Notes: generated by a model not told the origin, from the letters alone. A DNA stretch of 64,000 bases from an uncultured delta proteobacterium (GCA_963771465.1 CAVYTU010000019.1:1-64000); one strand, 5' to 3'; counted from the stretch's first letter, positions 9,448-19,750 are shown. Numbers and translations: made by a program.

Positions 9448-10257
9448 ATGTCGTCGCTGGAAGGCAAGGTAGCACTCATAACCGGGTCCGGTCGGAATCT
9501 GGGCAAGGCCACTGCCGTCGAACTGGCCAGGCTGGGCGCCGATGTCGTGGTGAACGCTCGGACAAACCAAAGCGAAATCGATGAAGTTGCCGAGCAGTGC
9601 CGAACCTATGGAGTGAGGGCGCTGCCGATTATTGCTGACGTAGCATCTGGCCCTGCCGTGGAGGCCATGGTCCAGCGAGCGACCAAGGAACTCGGTCACG
9701 TGGACATCGTGGTCAACATGGTGGGCATTCGGCCATTCAATCATTTCCTCGACATCACTGAGGACGAATGGAACCTTGTCCTCAACATCAATCTCACAAG
9801 CTGCTTCCGGACGAGCAAATGCGTGCTGCCCCAGATGATTGAGCGCGGCTGGGGGCGAATCATCACCACATCAGGCGTCGGCGCCTATGAACACAGCACA
9901 AGCAGAGCGCACGTACAGGCGGCGAAGATGGGGTTGGGTGGGCTGGTTCGGACCCTTGCCGAAGCGTTTTCCCGATACGGAATTACGGCGAATAACGTGG
10001 TACCCGGCATATTCCGGACGCAGCGGCCTGCCGTCTGGTATGATAACGTTCCCAATGTCTTGCCGAATGCGGGCAAGTTCAACGAGAACGTGGCAGAGAA
10101 GCAGCCCGGCGCCGGCGCAGACCGAAAGTCAGCAATGGGCCGCGTTGGTACACCTGAAGAGCTTGCCTCGGTGATCGGTTTCCTCGTCAGTCCCGAGGCC
10201 TCCTACGTGACAGGGCAAACCATCCATGTGAACGGCGGCGTCTACTACAACGTTTGA
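9448..10257 (+). CDS. SDR family oxidoreductase (FabG-like)
   Basis: ITGSGRNLG glycine motif; HVQAAK in place of YxxxK; YVTGQTIHVNGG. Confidence 0.9.
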   Translation: MSSLEGKVALITGSGRNLGKATAVELARLGADVVVNARTNQSEIDEVAEQCRTYGVRALPIIADVASGPAVEAMVQRATKELGHVDIVVNMVGIRPFNHFLDITEDEWNLVLNINLTSCFRTSKCVLPQMIERGWGRIITTSGVGAYEHSTSRAHVQAAKMGLGGLVRTLAEAFSRYGITANNVVPGIFRTQRPAVWYDNVPNVLPNAGKFNENVAEKQPGAGADRKSAMGRVGTPEELASVIGFLVSPEASYVTGQTIHVNGGVYYNV

Positions 10258-10377
10258 TTCGTTCCCGGTTCCGTGTTGCTCTTAAGGGAGTAATTCGTGA
10301 GTCGTGAGCGTGAGTCGTGAGGGTCAGGCCTGAGCAGGGAATTTTGAATTCACCGAACGTGGTCCCGATTCATTTCA

Positions 10378-11526
10378 TTACTTGCGTGGCGGAAGAGGAT
10401 CCATCCCAGAGATAATTTTAAAAACCTTGATCACCTCGTTGTCCCGCGGCAGTGCTGCAACAAGTTTCTGCTGCTCCTCCCCCACCAGCGGCGTCGGATT
10501 GACTCCGATGACTTTTTTATATTGTTCGTGAAATTGGCGATCTTTGAAAGTATCGCGAAAGGCTTGCCTGAGGATCTCGGCGAATTTTTGCGGTGTGCTC
10601 GGCGGCAGATACTTGAGCGTTCCGATGCCCCAAAAAGTCCGCAACATGGCCATGAGTCGGCTCTCGATGCCGGCGCGCACGAAAGAATCGATGTCAGGCA
10701 AATGGGCAAATTGAGCGGGACGACGTCCTTTGGGATTCTCAAAAATGGCATGGAAATCGACGAGATTTTGGAAGGACTCCGTCAGCGTCTGCGTATCCAA
10801 CGTTGTCGCTCGCGCGTCGATTTCGCCTCGCTCCAAAGCTATTTCCAACTCGGTTCCCGAGTAGCCCACGACAAAGCGCGGCTCTTTGACGTCCAAGAGC
10901 CAGGCGAACAGCCGTCCGCGAATGTACTGTACATGTCCCACCGATTGGGCGCCGACGCGGAGCCCCGAGGCGGCGCGCAATTTTTCCAAGCTGTTGATGC
11001 CGAGAGCTTTGCGGGTCGCAAACATATTGATGTTCTCGCTGAAAGGCGAGCCGAGATAAATAAACTTGTAAGGGTCGTATTCGACACCGGTTTCGCCGAG
11101 CACGGCGCTCGAGAGCACGCCCGGCGAGCAGGCGCCGATCGTCAGTCCATCCGCGGCTGCGCGATAGACGTGATTGGCCGCCTGTCGGCCTCCTCCTCCA
11201 GGAACATATTGGCTAACGATCGTCGGATTTCCGGGAATGTACTTTTGCAGAAACTGCATGATAGTTTTGGTTCTTAAGTCGGCGACGCCTCCCGCACTGT
11301 TTCCTTCGATGACGGTAATGGTTTTCCCCGCGTAATAAGGGGCCTGCGTGCTGCCGATGCTGGGGAAAAGCACCAGCCCGGAAAAAACCAATGCGAGCCA
11401 ACGGCTGAGAAGTTTCGTCTTAAAACCTCCGCAGACCGTGTCGTTCAAACGCGCAATAGTCTTCCGGTTCTGAAAAAAGTTCGGCTCAACCGGCTCAGCC
11501 GGAGCTATGCGCGATATTCGAGGCAT
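10378..11526 (-). CDS. Bug/TctC-like tripartite tricarboxylate transporter substrate-binding protein (true start probably downstream of 11526)
   Basis: YYAGKTIT...AGG..D, KYIPGNPTIV, PGGGG..AANHVY...DGLTIG, LERGEID. Confidence 0.85.
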   Translation of the reverse strand: MPRISRIAPAEPVEPNFFQNRKTIARLNDTVCGGFKTKLLSRWLALVFSGLVLFPSIGSTQAPYYAGKTITVIEGNSAGGVADLRTKTIMQFLQKYIPGNPTIVSQYVPGGGGRQAANHVYRAAADGLTIGACSPGVLSSAVLGETGVEYDPYKFIYLGSPFSENINMFATRKALGINSLEKLRAASGLRVGAQSVGHVQYIRGRLFAWLLDVKEPRFVVGYSGTELEIALERGEIDARATTLDTQTLTESFQNLVDFHAIFENPKGRRPAQFAHLPDIDSFVRAGIESRLMAMLRTFWGIGTLKYLPPSTPQKFAEILRQAFRDTFKDRQFHEQYKKVIGVNPTPLVGEEQQKLVAALPRDNEVIKVFKIISGMDPLPPRK

Positions 11527-11616
11527 CGCGGCACGCTATATCAAAGCCAATTCGTCAAGAAAAGGTTCGCGTCCGCTTTTTCCGGGCTTCGTCAAGTAAA
11601 AGGAGGAGAGTCGTCA

Positions 11617-11892
11617 GGGTCAGGCCTGAGTATTGAGTTATGATAGGTTAATCGTCAACCAGGGTTAAACCTTCTAATTTGACATTTCGGATTTTCGTCG
11701 ATCTCACCTGTTCAACCATCGCGAGCAAGAAGTTGTGGGGTTGAATTCCAAAGTGCTTGTGCGGGATGAACGAAACAAAAAGCAGAAAGGTTAGCAGTGA
11801 CAGTGCAACTCTTGATATCGTGCGGCAGCGGATCGAGGCCCTGCGCGACAGAAAGAAAAATAGCCGACCGACAATAACGCACAACTAAGGCA
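11617..11892 (+). repeat. Type-A element, near-complete copy with a small insertion
   Basis: Same left end and core as 5030-5268; ends CGCACAACTAAGGC. Confidence 0.88.
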
Positions 11893-11961
11893 ACTTTCCA
11901 TTGAGTCCAGCCGCAGACCAGCCGGATCCCCTTTTCCGACCGGATCGATCAGAACCGCCGA

Positions 11962-12984
11962 TCAACGCAACTTAAGTATGTCTTTCCAGATCTTTTCGTA
12001 CTTGGGCCATTGTTTTAAGTCGTCGGCGTTGACGGTATAGATTTTTGCTGGCCTGGTCTTTTCGACGGGTTCAACCGCGGGGTGGGCTGGAGTCCGTCCG
12101 CCTTGAGCGAAAGCCTTTTGCCCTTCCTCGCTGGCAGCCCAGCGCCAAAACAGCAAAGCGGTATGCGGATTCGGGCCGCCTTTTGGAACCGCAGCGGCGA
12201 CGATTTGCCCAATGCCTTCGGTTAGCGAATAACCCAGAAAAGCCCCTTTTTTGACGCGAGGTGGGAAATGATGCGTTCGACAGGCTATGCAAACTGCGCT
12301 TTGTCCGCCCGCCATTAGTTCTACGATCTGTGGATAGCCCTTGTGGAATTCAATCTCGTTGGCCGCCATTCTCCTGAGCGCCGCTTCGGCTTTTTCCAAG
12401 CTATTATATTTATGCTTTAGGCCGATCAGCACCTCTGCGCTTCTCGGCTCGGCGATCAGCTTTTTTTTCCATTTGGGATCTCCCAAATCATCTAACAGAT
12501 AAGGCTCACTCCCTTTCTGCACGGCGTTTGTGGTCCACGCATTGACGGCAAAAATGAGATCGGAAGCAAGCCAGTAGGAGCCTTTTAGGTCGGCGGGGTA
12601 TTGCGCCGCTTCCGGCGGCAAGTTTTCGAGCAACAATCCCTGCTCGTGGAGACGAATGATGTTTTCCAAGCCCATCTGCACGAAATCCGCCAGCACCCTT
12701 CCGCCGCGGACTTCGGTGATCATTCGCGTCGTCAACTGGTCCGCGGTGGCGGAAACCTGGTTGACCTTGATTCCCGCGAAGCGCTTCTCAAAAGCCGGAA
12801 AGATTTTTTCAGCGTTAAGTTGCGCCAGCGTTCCGTAGAAATTCAGCGTGCCGCCTTCCTTCAAAGCCTTCTTATGAACCTCGTCCCAACTCTCGGTTTG
12901 AGCCCGCACAGGTTTAATAACCACTGCAAATAGTCCTATGAGGGCCAATCCCACAACGACCGAAGTAGTTCTCGTCGAATTCAT
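11962..12984 (-). CDS. ABC transporter extracellular solute-binding protein
   Basis: GGAGGA RBS; signal peptide; ALKEGGTLNFYG and PNPHTALLFWRWAASEEGQK. Confidence 0.88.
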   Translation of the reverse strand: MNSTRTTSVVVGLALIGLFAVVIKPVRAQTESWDEVHKKALKEGGTLNFYGTLAQLNAEKIFPAFEKRFAGIKVNQVSATADQLTTRMITEVRGGRVLADFVQMGLENIIRLHEQGLLLENLPPEAAQYPADLKGSYWLASDLIFAVNAWTTNAVQKGSEPYLLDDLGDPKWKKKLIAEPRSAEVLIGLKHKYNSLEKAEAALRRMAANEIEFHKGYPQIVELMAGGQSAVCIACRTHHFPPRVKKGAFLGYSLTEGIGQIVAAAVPKGGPNPHTALLFWRWAASEEGQKAFAQGGRTPAHPAVEPVEKTRPAKIYTVNADDLKQWPKYEKIWKDILKLR

Positions 12985-13315
12985 ACGGTCCTCCTTAACC
13001 GGCTTGTATAGTAATTTGCCATCCAACGAAACAGCTCAGTTAACAATTCTTATTTGTCCAAGAGAGCCAGAATTTCAGCGGTCACATACCCGAGCCGAAT
13101 ATTCTCGTCTGCACGAACCGTTGCGCAATGTAATGTGGCACTTTCCAGGAGAAGAGATGCTGAACCGAGCATACGTTCCGACAGTCGGCCGCAGGCACAC
13201 AGCCGCGGCAACGTTCGACCGAAAACTTTTTTCAACCCGGGCCAGTCTTCGCGCCCTGCGGCGACGAGCATCGAACGCAAGTAGGGGATGAAGAAAAAAA
13301 GTCGGAGTGACAGCA

Positions 13316-13410
13316 AGGTCGGATTCGGGGGTCGGATTGGTCAGGGTCGGGGGTCAGGGTCGGATTTGGGGTCAAGTCTTGTATTTTGACATTTCGGATT
13401 TTCGTCGGTC
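13316..13410 (+). repeat. Type-B left terminus preceded by stuttered GGTC units
   Basis: GGTCGGATT and GGTCAGGGTCGG repeats, then GGGGTCAAGTCTTGTATTTTGACATTTCGGATTTTCGTCG. Confidence 0.85.
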
Positions 13411-13675
13411 TCAGCGACGTCCTCAGCGTGACAGCGCGGTCCTGTTATTTCAGTTTGGAAATTATTCGGAATTGCCCACCGAGCCCGCCAGAAGGCCTGA
13501 CAGTAATGAGAAATAGGTCGCTCAACTCTATTGAAAAGCGCTAGCGCTCAGCCACCGCCCGCACCACAATCCCGCCGACGAGCTGTGCTGCGGCCATTGC
13601 TGCAAAGCGCACCGTCACCATCGGCACCCAAGTACTGTCCACGAGCAATCGGGTGATTGTTGCGAAGCAGACGAG

Positions 13676-13800
13676 CAAAAGTAAAGACCTGACCATAGTG
13701 CTCGCTAAAGAATGAGCTCGTGCATCACCGTCGTTTCAACAACCGAGATGAAGCTCGAACGGCGATCTTCTACAATCGCCAGCGCAGACATCAATCGCCG
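13676..13800 (+). pseudogene. Type-C right terminus followed by an IS3-family transposase C-terminal fragment
   Basis: GCAAAAGTAAAGACCTGACC, then LKNELVHHRRFNNRDEARTAI-FYNRQRRHQS. Confidence 0.75.
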
Positions 13801-14049
13801 GCATTGACTGCGGCCTAGGCGGCAATGTGCATCCGCAAATCGACTGACACAACTTATGCGCCCTGCGCGACTGAGCATCGATCGTGAGCAAGAAGTTGTA
13901 GAGTTGAATTCAAAAGTTCGTGTGAAGTTCGTGTGTGGGCTGACGAAACGGGAAGCAAAATGTCAGAAGTAAAAATCTGACGCTTGATCTCTATCGATGA
14001 TGTCAAGATTCAAGACTTGACCCTGATCGTTTGTGACCCCGATCGTTTG
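13795..14049 (+). mobile_element. Type-B element right part (second copy) with terminal stutter
   Basis: Matches 5408-5617 (AGIDCGLGGNVHPQI...SKKL); ends CAAGACTTGACCC, then GATCGTTTG duplicated. Confidence 0.85.
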
Positions 14050-14176
14050 GAAACCTGGGGTTTGCTAAAAGCGCATTGGCGATGAGCGATCAACTTTGCG
14101 GCTAGATCGCGTACCGCTGATCGCTAATACGTGTATGCGCTCTCGATTCCGACTATTCTGTTTGGTCTCTGCGGAA

Positions 14177-14404
14177 TCAATGCCTTGCTACAATACTACT
14201 GGGACTTTCATCACACGCCCCGTAAAAATCGATAATCTCTCGCTGCATTGGATTTCCTGGGTTGGGACTCGTTTCGACCTTCATGTGGCAATAATTGTAA
14301 CCCGCGTACTCCTTATACACGATGCGGTCCCGGGGGGCTGCGGTACATCCAACCAGTGACACGAATAAAATCAGCATTGCGCCAGCGGATATCTTCTGTT
14401 TCAT
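14177..14404 (-). CDS. Small lipoprotein of the YCHMK...DFYGxCD family
   Basis: GGAG RBS; lipobox-like LVGC; paralog of 47066-47368. Confidence 0.75.
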   Translation of the reverse strand: MKQKISAGAMLILFVSLVGCTAAPRDRIVYKEYAGYNYCHMKVETSPNPGNPMQREIIDFYGACDESPSSIVARH

Positions 14405-14452
14405 ATTGGAATCTCCTTTTGGATCTCTTCAATCGTCTCAGTAGTTAATTGC

Positions 14453-14467
14453 GCAAACGCTATGCCA
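14453..14467 (-). promoter_or_regulatory. Sigma-54 (-24/-12) promoter
   Basis: Minus strand TGGCAT-AGCGT-TTGC, about 50 nt upstream of the ATG at 14404. Confidence 0.7.
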
Positions 14468-14811
14468 CCGCCTAGTCTCAGAGCTGTGTGTAACATTGCT
14501 TTCGTACCGCGACTACGATAACCGGCGACGGCGTTTGTAAGTATGCGAAAAGTCTTCTCTTAATGCGGTTGCGAATCCTTACCGTCGAACACTGATTGCT
14601 GGATAGCTCCGCAACGAGGATCGTGCATGTGATTTGGAGTGGGAGAATTTCCAACTGTGCTGTTTGATATAACCGACAAAATAGGCTTGTTTGCTCACTA
14701 AAGCCGGCCCCAACTTCCGAGAGTAGCGCAAAGGAGAGAGCGCAAGGTGTCAGATGCTATGAAAGAGGGACCAACACTTAGTAGCATGGGAGCAATAGAA
14801 ACGATCTACGA

Positions 14812-15028
14812 GGGAGGTTGGAACCATGACCTATATAGGATTCGATCATCACAAGAAGTGGACGCAGGCCGCGGCAATTGATGATCAGGTTAAAGTCATT
14901 CGCGAGATGCGCGTACTTAACGACAGCTGTTCCTTGAAAGGATTCCTGAGCCGAATCGTCAAACGGGTTAGCGGAGAGCAAGAGTAAAGACCTGACCCTC
15001 ATCATTATCATGACCCTCATCATTATCA
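14812..15028 (+). mobile_element. IS110 5' fragment plus type-C terminus (copy 2) with terminal stutter
   Basis: Near-identical to 2672-2861; TGACCCTCATCATTATCA duplicated. Confidence 0.82.
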
Positions 15029-15084
15029 GTATGCGTACCAGGGATTTACAGACAAGGGGATGAAGCGGGGCGTAGGAGAATTAT

Positions 15085-15130
15085 TCACGGCTGGCGAGGC
15101 TTCGGTCTGCCGAAGCCTCGCCAGCCGTGA
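15085..15130. terminator. Perfect 21-bp hairpin downstream of 15221-15628
   Basis: TCACGGCTGGCGAGGCTTCGG-TCTG-CCGAAGCCTCGCCAGCCGTGA. Confidence 0.6.
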
Positions 15131-15220
15131 GACGTGAACGCCGTAGCTTCCACGTGACGTAATCGCCTCGCTTCCGCGCGTTGATCGGAGTTACATGTCC
15201 GCGGCGGTATTCACACCCGC

Positions 15221-15628
15221 TTAGTCCAAAGCCCAAACTTTGATGGTGGCCGTCGGTTTATTATTGAGGATCTTGTACTGGACCGCCACCGACGTCAGGG
15301 CGGCCTCGCGTCCGGGCGCGTCCTTCGGAGCGGTTTCTCCTCCCGCCTTCACGGTTCCGAGATTCGTGATGGTATCGTCTTTACGATTATTCCAGCGTAG
15401 GACGACCTTGGTGATCTGCACGTCAGCGCCCTCGACCGACATCTTGGTCTGCCTGATCTTCTCCTTGAATATTCCCCCTTCGGCCTTGATATCGGTGCTT
15501 GGATCGGTGGCGTTGATCGTCTTCTCGCTGATCACGGTCCACTTATCCGCAGCGCTGGCACTGCCGAGGGCGCCCAGCAAGATTACCGACGCGAAGCCAA
15601 CTGCCCGCCCTAGATTTGTAACCTTCAT
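15221..15628 (-). CDS. Secreted beta-rich protein (DUF2541/YaaI-like)
   Basis: AGGAGA RBS; signal peptide ending ASA; WTVISEKTI...DVQITKVVLRW pattern. Confidence 0.65.
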   Translation of the reverse strand: MKVTNLGRAVGFASVILLGALGSASAADKWTVISEKTINATDPSTDIKAEGGIFKEKIRQTKMSVEGADVQITKVVLRWNNRKDDTITNLGTVKAGGETAPKDAPGREAALTSVAVQYKILNNKPTATIKVWALD

Positions 15629-16034
15629 GGTTCTCCTGTCCTTTCTGATCCCCGTCCGCCGGAGATTTTCGTTGCGCCCATCGCTTGATTGACATATACA
15701 GCGGTGGGACTGACTATAATTTCCACAATCTTCATCATTTTCTGTCCTTATCGTTTTCCTCTCCTTTCTGATCCCCGTTCGCCGGAATCGTTGCGCCTAC
15801 CGTTGCATAACGGTGGACGTCTAATTTAATAGCTTTTTCCTGAAAGCGTTGAGCATAGAAGTTTCTACCTGCTTAGGTCTACTCTTCTGCAGCGCGCGGC
15901 TTAAGTAATCGTGGCATGTAAAGAAATCTCCCATCTGCAACGATAACTTCGCGGGCAGTATTGGGTTCGATAATCAGTGTATCAAAACCGTTGAGCCTGT
16001 ACATTGGCCTTTGGTCCAATACACCACACAGATC

Positions 16035-16255
16035 CTATAATTGTAATGGGTCGTCAATCGGCAGCATGCCGATGAGGCCGATGGCGAACCGGTACATGAA
16101 ACTTGTTTCCGGGTCTGTGTCGTACTCCACTTTTTCCTCGTTGTTTTCAGCGCTCCAGATCAGTTTCTTGTTGTTGTCGAGCGTGACGCGATAGGCGCTG
16201 CCGGGGGAGACACCCCTTCATCCATCAACTCTCCCACCTGCCCGGCAATCTCCGG
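16035..16255 (-). pseudogene. C-terminal remnant of a phospholipase D/ClsC-family gene
   Basis: EIAGQVGELMDEGVS/AYRVTLDNNKKLIW...DPETSFMYRFAIGLIGMLPIDDPL, with a frameshift. Confidence 0.6.
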
Positions 16256-16421
16256 AGCCGGTCTTTTTTGTCAGCACTATTGTGTCAATTCTATAGAAAT
16301 GCGCAGCTCTATGAAGTGGCGTTTGACACTCTGTCGGGGCAGGGATATAGCTGCCCAACCGAAAAGGTCATTTAAATTCCTATCCATATCTGACCATTGG
16401 GAGCCATCAGGAGGCACAGTA

Positions 16422-18272
16422 ATGCAACGACTCATATCGGCGGCGGCGGGCTTTGTCTGCGCGGTCACGCTGCTCTTCGGACCATCCATCGCGTCGGCCG
16501 CCAAGGCGCCGGCAGCCGCCAAGCGGCAGTGCAACGGCACACTGGTCGGCAAGGTGGTCGGTGACGTGGTGGTGCCGCCGGGAGGGTCGTGTCTCCTCGA
16601 TGGCGCGACAGTCACCGGCGATGTCATCGTGGGCGCCGACGCCTGGGCACACGCTCAGTCGGCGACGATCAATGGCGACTATACGTGCGACCGTTGCCGC
16701 TTTGCGCACCTTCACGACTCGATAGTCGGCGGAGACTACCAGATCAGCGAGGCGACCCAAGAAAACCAGATCATTGGCAGCATCATCAGCGGAACCCTCA
16801 GGTTTAAGGGCAACGACGCGTTCATCTACATCGATGGCAACCACGTGGGAAGGGACCTCACGTTTGACCGCAACACCGGTGATTCCAGCATTGTCGACAA
16901 CACCATCAGCGGCAACCTTCAGTGTCGCGACAACGTGCCGCCGCCGGCGACCATGGGCAACACGGCCAGGAACTTCAAGGGCCAGTGCGGTACGGCGGGC
17001 TTTGGGGCGGCGGCAAGCGATGAGCGCGACGCGCTCGCCACCACCTTCGATATCGTGGCGTTTCTCAAGGAGAAGGTGGTCGAGCTGCGGAAAGACGTAA
17101 CTGGCGCGACCGTGGCCTGGGTCACGACCGAGTTGCTGAATCGTATTTTTAGTGGCGGCGACAGCGACCAGCTCGAAGAGATCAAGAAACTCCTGCTCGA
17201 TATCCAGACTACACAGAAGGAAATCTTGAAGGATCTCCATGACCTGCTTCAAGAGGTGCAATTCCAGACGCTCATCGGCGAGGCCCACCCGTCGGTCGAG
17301 GTAATTACGAGCATTTACGACCAGCTGACGAATCTTACCAAGATCACCACCGCTGGTCAGCGCGAGGACGAGGCCAGACGTATGCTCGGGCAGCTGCTCC
17401 CGGTCGCGAACTCGAACACGGATGCTCTCTTTACCGCCATGAAAACGATCAGCGACGTGATGCTCGGTGAGGACCCTCTCGGCAACAACACACCCCTCAT
17501 CAAAATATTTGCCGATCGCTGGTTTGACAAGTACACCTCACAGCAGCTCGATGCGGACACACCGCTCAGCACGTATGCCGACCGGCTCGAGCAGTGGCTG
17601 CGGGGCGTGTTCTTGCTCCAGTACATGGGAATGGTCGAGCGCGCGACCGGCCGCCTCGCGAACGGTAGTGGCGAAGTCCTCGCGATAGAACTCGATGAAT
17701 GGATCGCACGAATGGACAAGCAGCGAAAGCTAATGGACGAGCAGATCCCCATCTGGGTTCGCACGCTCCCCGACGCCTTGTTCGACGGACGCTGGTACGT
17801 CGTTAGGGCGCGCGATCTGATAAACGGCAAGATCGACAACACGCGGGTTATGTACGGGAGCCCGGCCACCGGCTTTATACCACTGGACTGGAGCATCCAG
17901 TTCCGCGCCCGCCACGCCAACAACGGTGATGAAGAGTGGGCCTTCGAGAAGCAGCCCGTCCCGCCGGAGACGCCGAATGACGTCTTCTTCATGCGCGAGC
18001 GGTCACGACCCAACTACGTTACGCTCGTGGATGCCAAACCGGGGTTCGGCGTGACGGTGGCTCCCGGTGGGAAGTCAGCGCTGCGAATCGTGATGGGCCG
18101 TACCAACGATCCCGCCGTCCCGGCCACCGCGCTGCGGCGCGATCTCTACGTGCCCGTGATCGGCTTCGTTGGCAAAAACACATACTTAACGTGGACATTC
18201 GGCAACAGCACGGCCAGCGGCGGTGTGCTTGGGAAAGCGGTGCGGATACAGATCGAGCCCGCAGGCCACTGA
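16422..18272 (+). CDS. Secreted multidomain protein: Cys-containing beta-helix, amphipathic helical/coiled-coil region and C-terminal beta domain
   Basis: AGGAGG RBS; signal peptide; V.GDV.V-type repeats; heptad region QLEEIKKLLLDIQTTQKEILKDLHDLL. Confidence 0.75.
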   Translation: MQRLISAAAGFVCAVTLLFGPSIASAAKAPAAAKRQCNGTLVGKVVGDVVVPPGGSCLLDGATVTGDVIVGADAWAHAQSATINGDYTCDRCRFAHLHDSIVGGDYQISEATQENQIIGSIISGTLRFKGNDAFIYIDGNHVGRDLTFDRNTGDSSIVDNTISGNLQCRDNVPPPATMGNTARNFKGQCGTAGFGAAASDERDALATTFDIVAFLKEKVVELRKDVTGATVAWVTTELLNRIFSGGDSDQLEEIKKLLLDIQTTQKEILKDLHDLLQEVQFQTLIGEAHPSVEVITSIYDQLTNLTKITTAGQREDEARRMLGQLLPVANSNTDALFTAMKTISDVMLGEDPLGNNTPLIKIFADRWFDKYTSQQLDADTPLSTYADRLEQWLRGVFLLQYMGMVERATGRLANGSGEVLAIELDEWIARMDKQRKLMDEQIPIWVRTLPDALFDGRWYVVRARDLINGKIDNTRVMYGSPATGFIPLDWSIQFRARHANNGDEEWAFEKQPVPPETPNDVFFMRERSRPNYVTLVDAKPGFGVTVAPGGKSALRIVMGRTNDPAVPATALRRDLYVPVIGFVGKNTYLTWTFGNSTASGGVLGKAVRIQIEPAGH

Positions 18273-18311
18273 CTATTGCCCTGATCTTAATTGCAAACGG
18301 AGGATACAATA

Positions 18312-19184
18312 ATGAAAAGGCATCTTTTAAGCTTCGCGATCTACCTTGCTCTGGTTGTTTTGCTCGGCGCTTCTCCCGCGTTCGCCGGGTTGAAAATTCG
18401 ATTGGTGTCCTTGCCGGGGATAGAGCCCATTGGCGTGGTCGGCGGTGGGAATCTCCAGGAGATTTTCAAGGTTGCGGCGGAGATGTGGGAAGAGGTCTTC
18501 AAGAATGTCAACGGGAACTGGGAGACCACGATAGAATTTGGCTGGAGCAATTTGGGCACGGCGTTCTATGCCAAAGTTGAGGACGAGATATCAGTGAGCG
18601 GGAATCCGCCACGCATCACAAGAGCTCGAATCGTTCTTAACAATCACCAGTTCAACCGACCGGACTTTTTCGCCGATCCGACCCCTCGCGATAACAAGGA
18701 GTATCGAGAGATCTCGTCGCGGCTCCACGACGAAGTCCAACTGAATGTCGGTCGCGTCTTCACCGAAGGGACTGGCGACGCTGCAGAATCGGTCGACTTA
18801 CTGACGCTTGCCGTGCATGAGATGGGCCACGCGCTGGCATTTCATGAATTGTATTCTGCCTTCCCCCAGAAGTGCGTGCAACCAGCGGACCCACCCCCAG
18901 CGCCAGTTCTGCCGCCGCCTCCCGGCGTTATTATCGACGAAGGCGGCGCCGTTTCTAGTTGCATCATTAACATCACGGCTCCGAGACCCCACGAAGGCGT
19001 AGAGATTTTCGTGAGTTTCGGGCCCCACCTCGGAGAATTTGCCCCTGAGACAAACCCAGTAATGTCTGCACACATTAACCCAGGAACCCGAAAGCTCATC
19101 AGCGCTCTCGACGCGCTCGCGATCGCCGAGATCGTGTCGGCCAATAAGCCAAACCTCAACGGGCCACTGCCGCCTCCGTTCTGA
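18312..19184 (+). CDS. Secreted zinc metalloprotease-like protein (HExxH, matrixin-like)
   Basis: GGAGGA RBS; signal peptide; DLLTLAVHEMGHALAF; NPVM Met-turn-like motif. Confidence 0.75.
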   Translation: MKRHLLSFAIYLALVVLLGASPAFAGLKIRLVSLPGIEPIGVVGGGNLQEIFKVAAEMWEEVFKNVNGNWETTIEFGWSNLGTAFYAKVEDEISVSGNPPRITRARIVLNNHQFNRPDFFADPTPRDNKEYREISSRLHDEVQLNVGRVFTEGTGDAAESVDLLTLAVHEMGHALAFHELYSAFPQKCVQPADPPPAPVLPPPPGVIIDEGGAVSSCIINITAPRPHEGVEIFVSFGPHLGEFAPETNPVMSAHINPGTRKLISALDALAIAEIVSANKPNLNGPLPPPF

Positions 19185-19325
19185 TCTCAGCGGTTCAGCG
19201 CGCCCAGTGGGGTTAGACCCAGTCGTATCAGACTTCATGGTTCCGCGATCAACATATCGAGCGACAACATCAAGTTGCCTTCAGCCGCAGGTTTGGCCCG
19301 CTCGAAATGTTGTATGAAGTGCTCC

Positions 19326-19750
19326 GGGAACATCTGAGGGAACCACCTCGATATCCATGGGCTGGCGCAAGTCCACAATGGAAATGTTTTCTCCGGCGTT
19401 TATATTGTCCATGAATTCCTTCCGTTGATGCGCCGCGGTTCATCTCCGCCAAGCCGTGGCGGAAAGCTTTGTCCGTTAGGCCGCTCTAGGAATGCGGTTC
19501 AGTGACTTTGGCTGTCTCCAGGTGTCCACTACCGTCTCATCACTGTTTTGGCAGAGTTACAGTCTGTCCAACGATACCCGCGGGGGAGATTCGGGGTCAT
19601 TGGAGCTCTGCGCATCGGTTCGGCGTCTTAATCTTGACGTTTCTACTTTCGGTTTTGCTCCTAATAACGGTCGAAAAGAGTTCACTCCCGGGGTTTTCGC
19701 ACGATGATAATCGTTCGTGCCTCAGACCGCCGGAACTGATCGAGGCACGC
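19326..19750. pseudogene. Mosaic of fragments of three genes found intact at 30-35 kb
   Basis: 19326-19430 resembles rhodanese region 34406-34512; 19511-19582 matches 32524-32596; 19692-19750 resembles 30440-30518. Confidence 0.8.

Noticed and set aside
1601-15028. Classical integron cassette array
   Set aside because: No tyrosine integrase, no consistent RYYYAAC...GTTRRRY attC structure, and cargo genes lie in both orientations.
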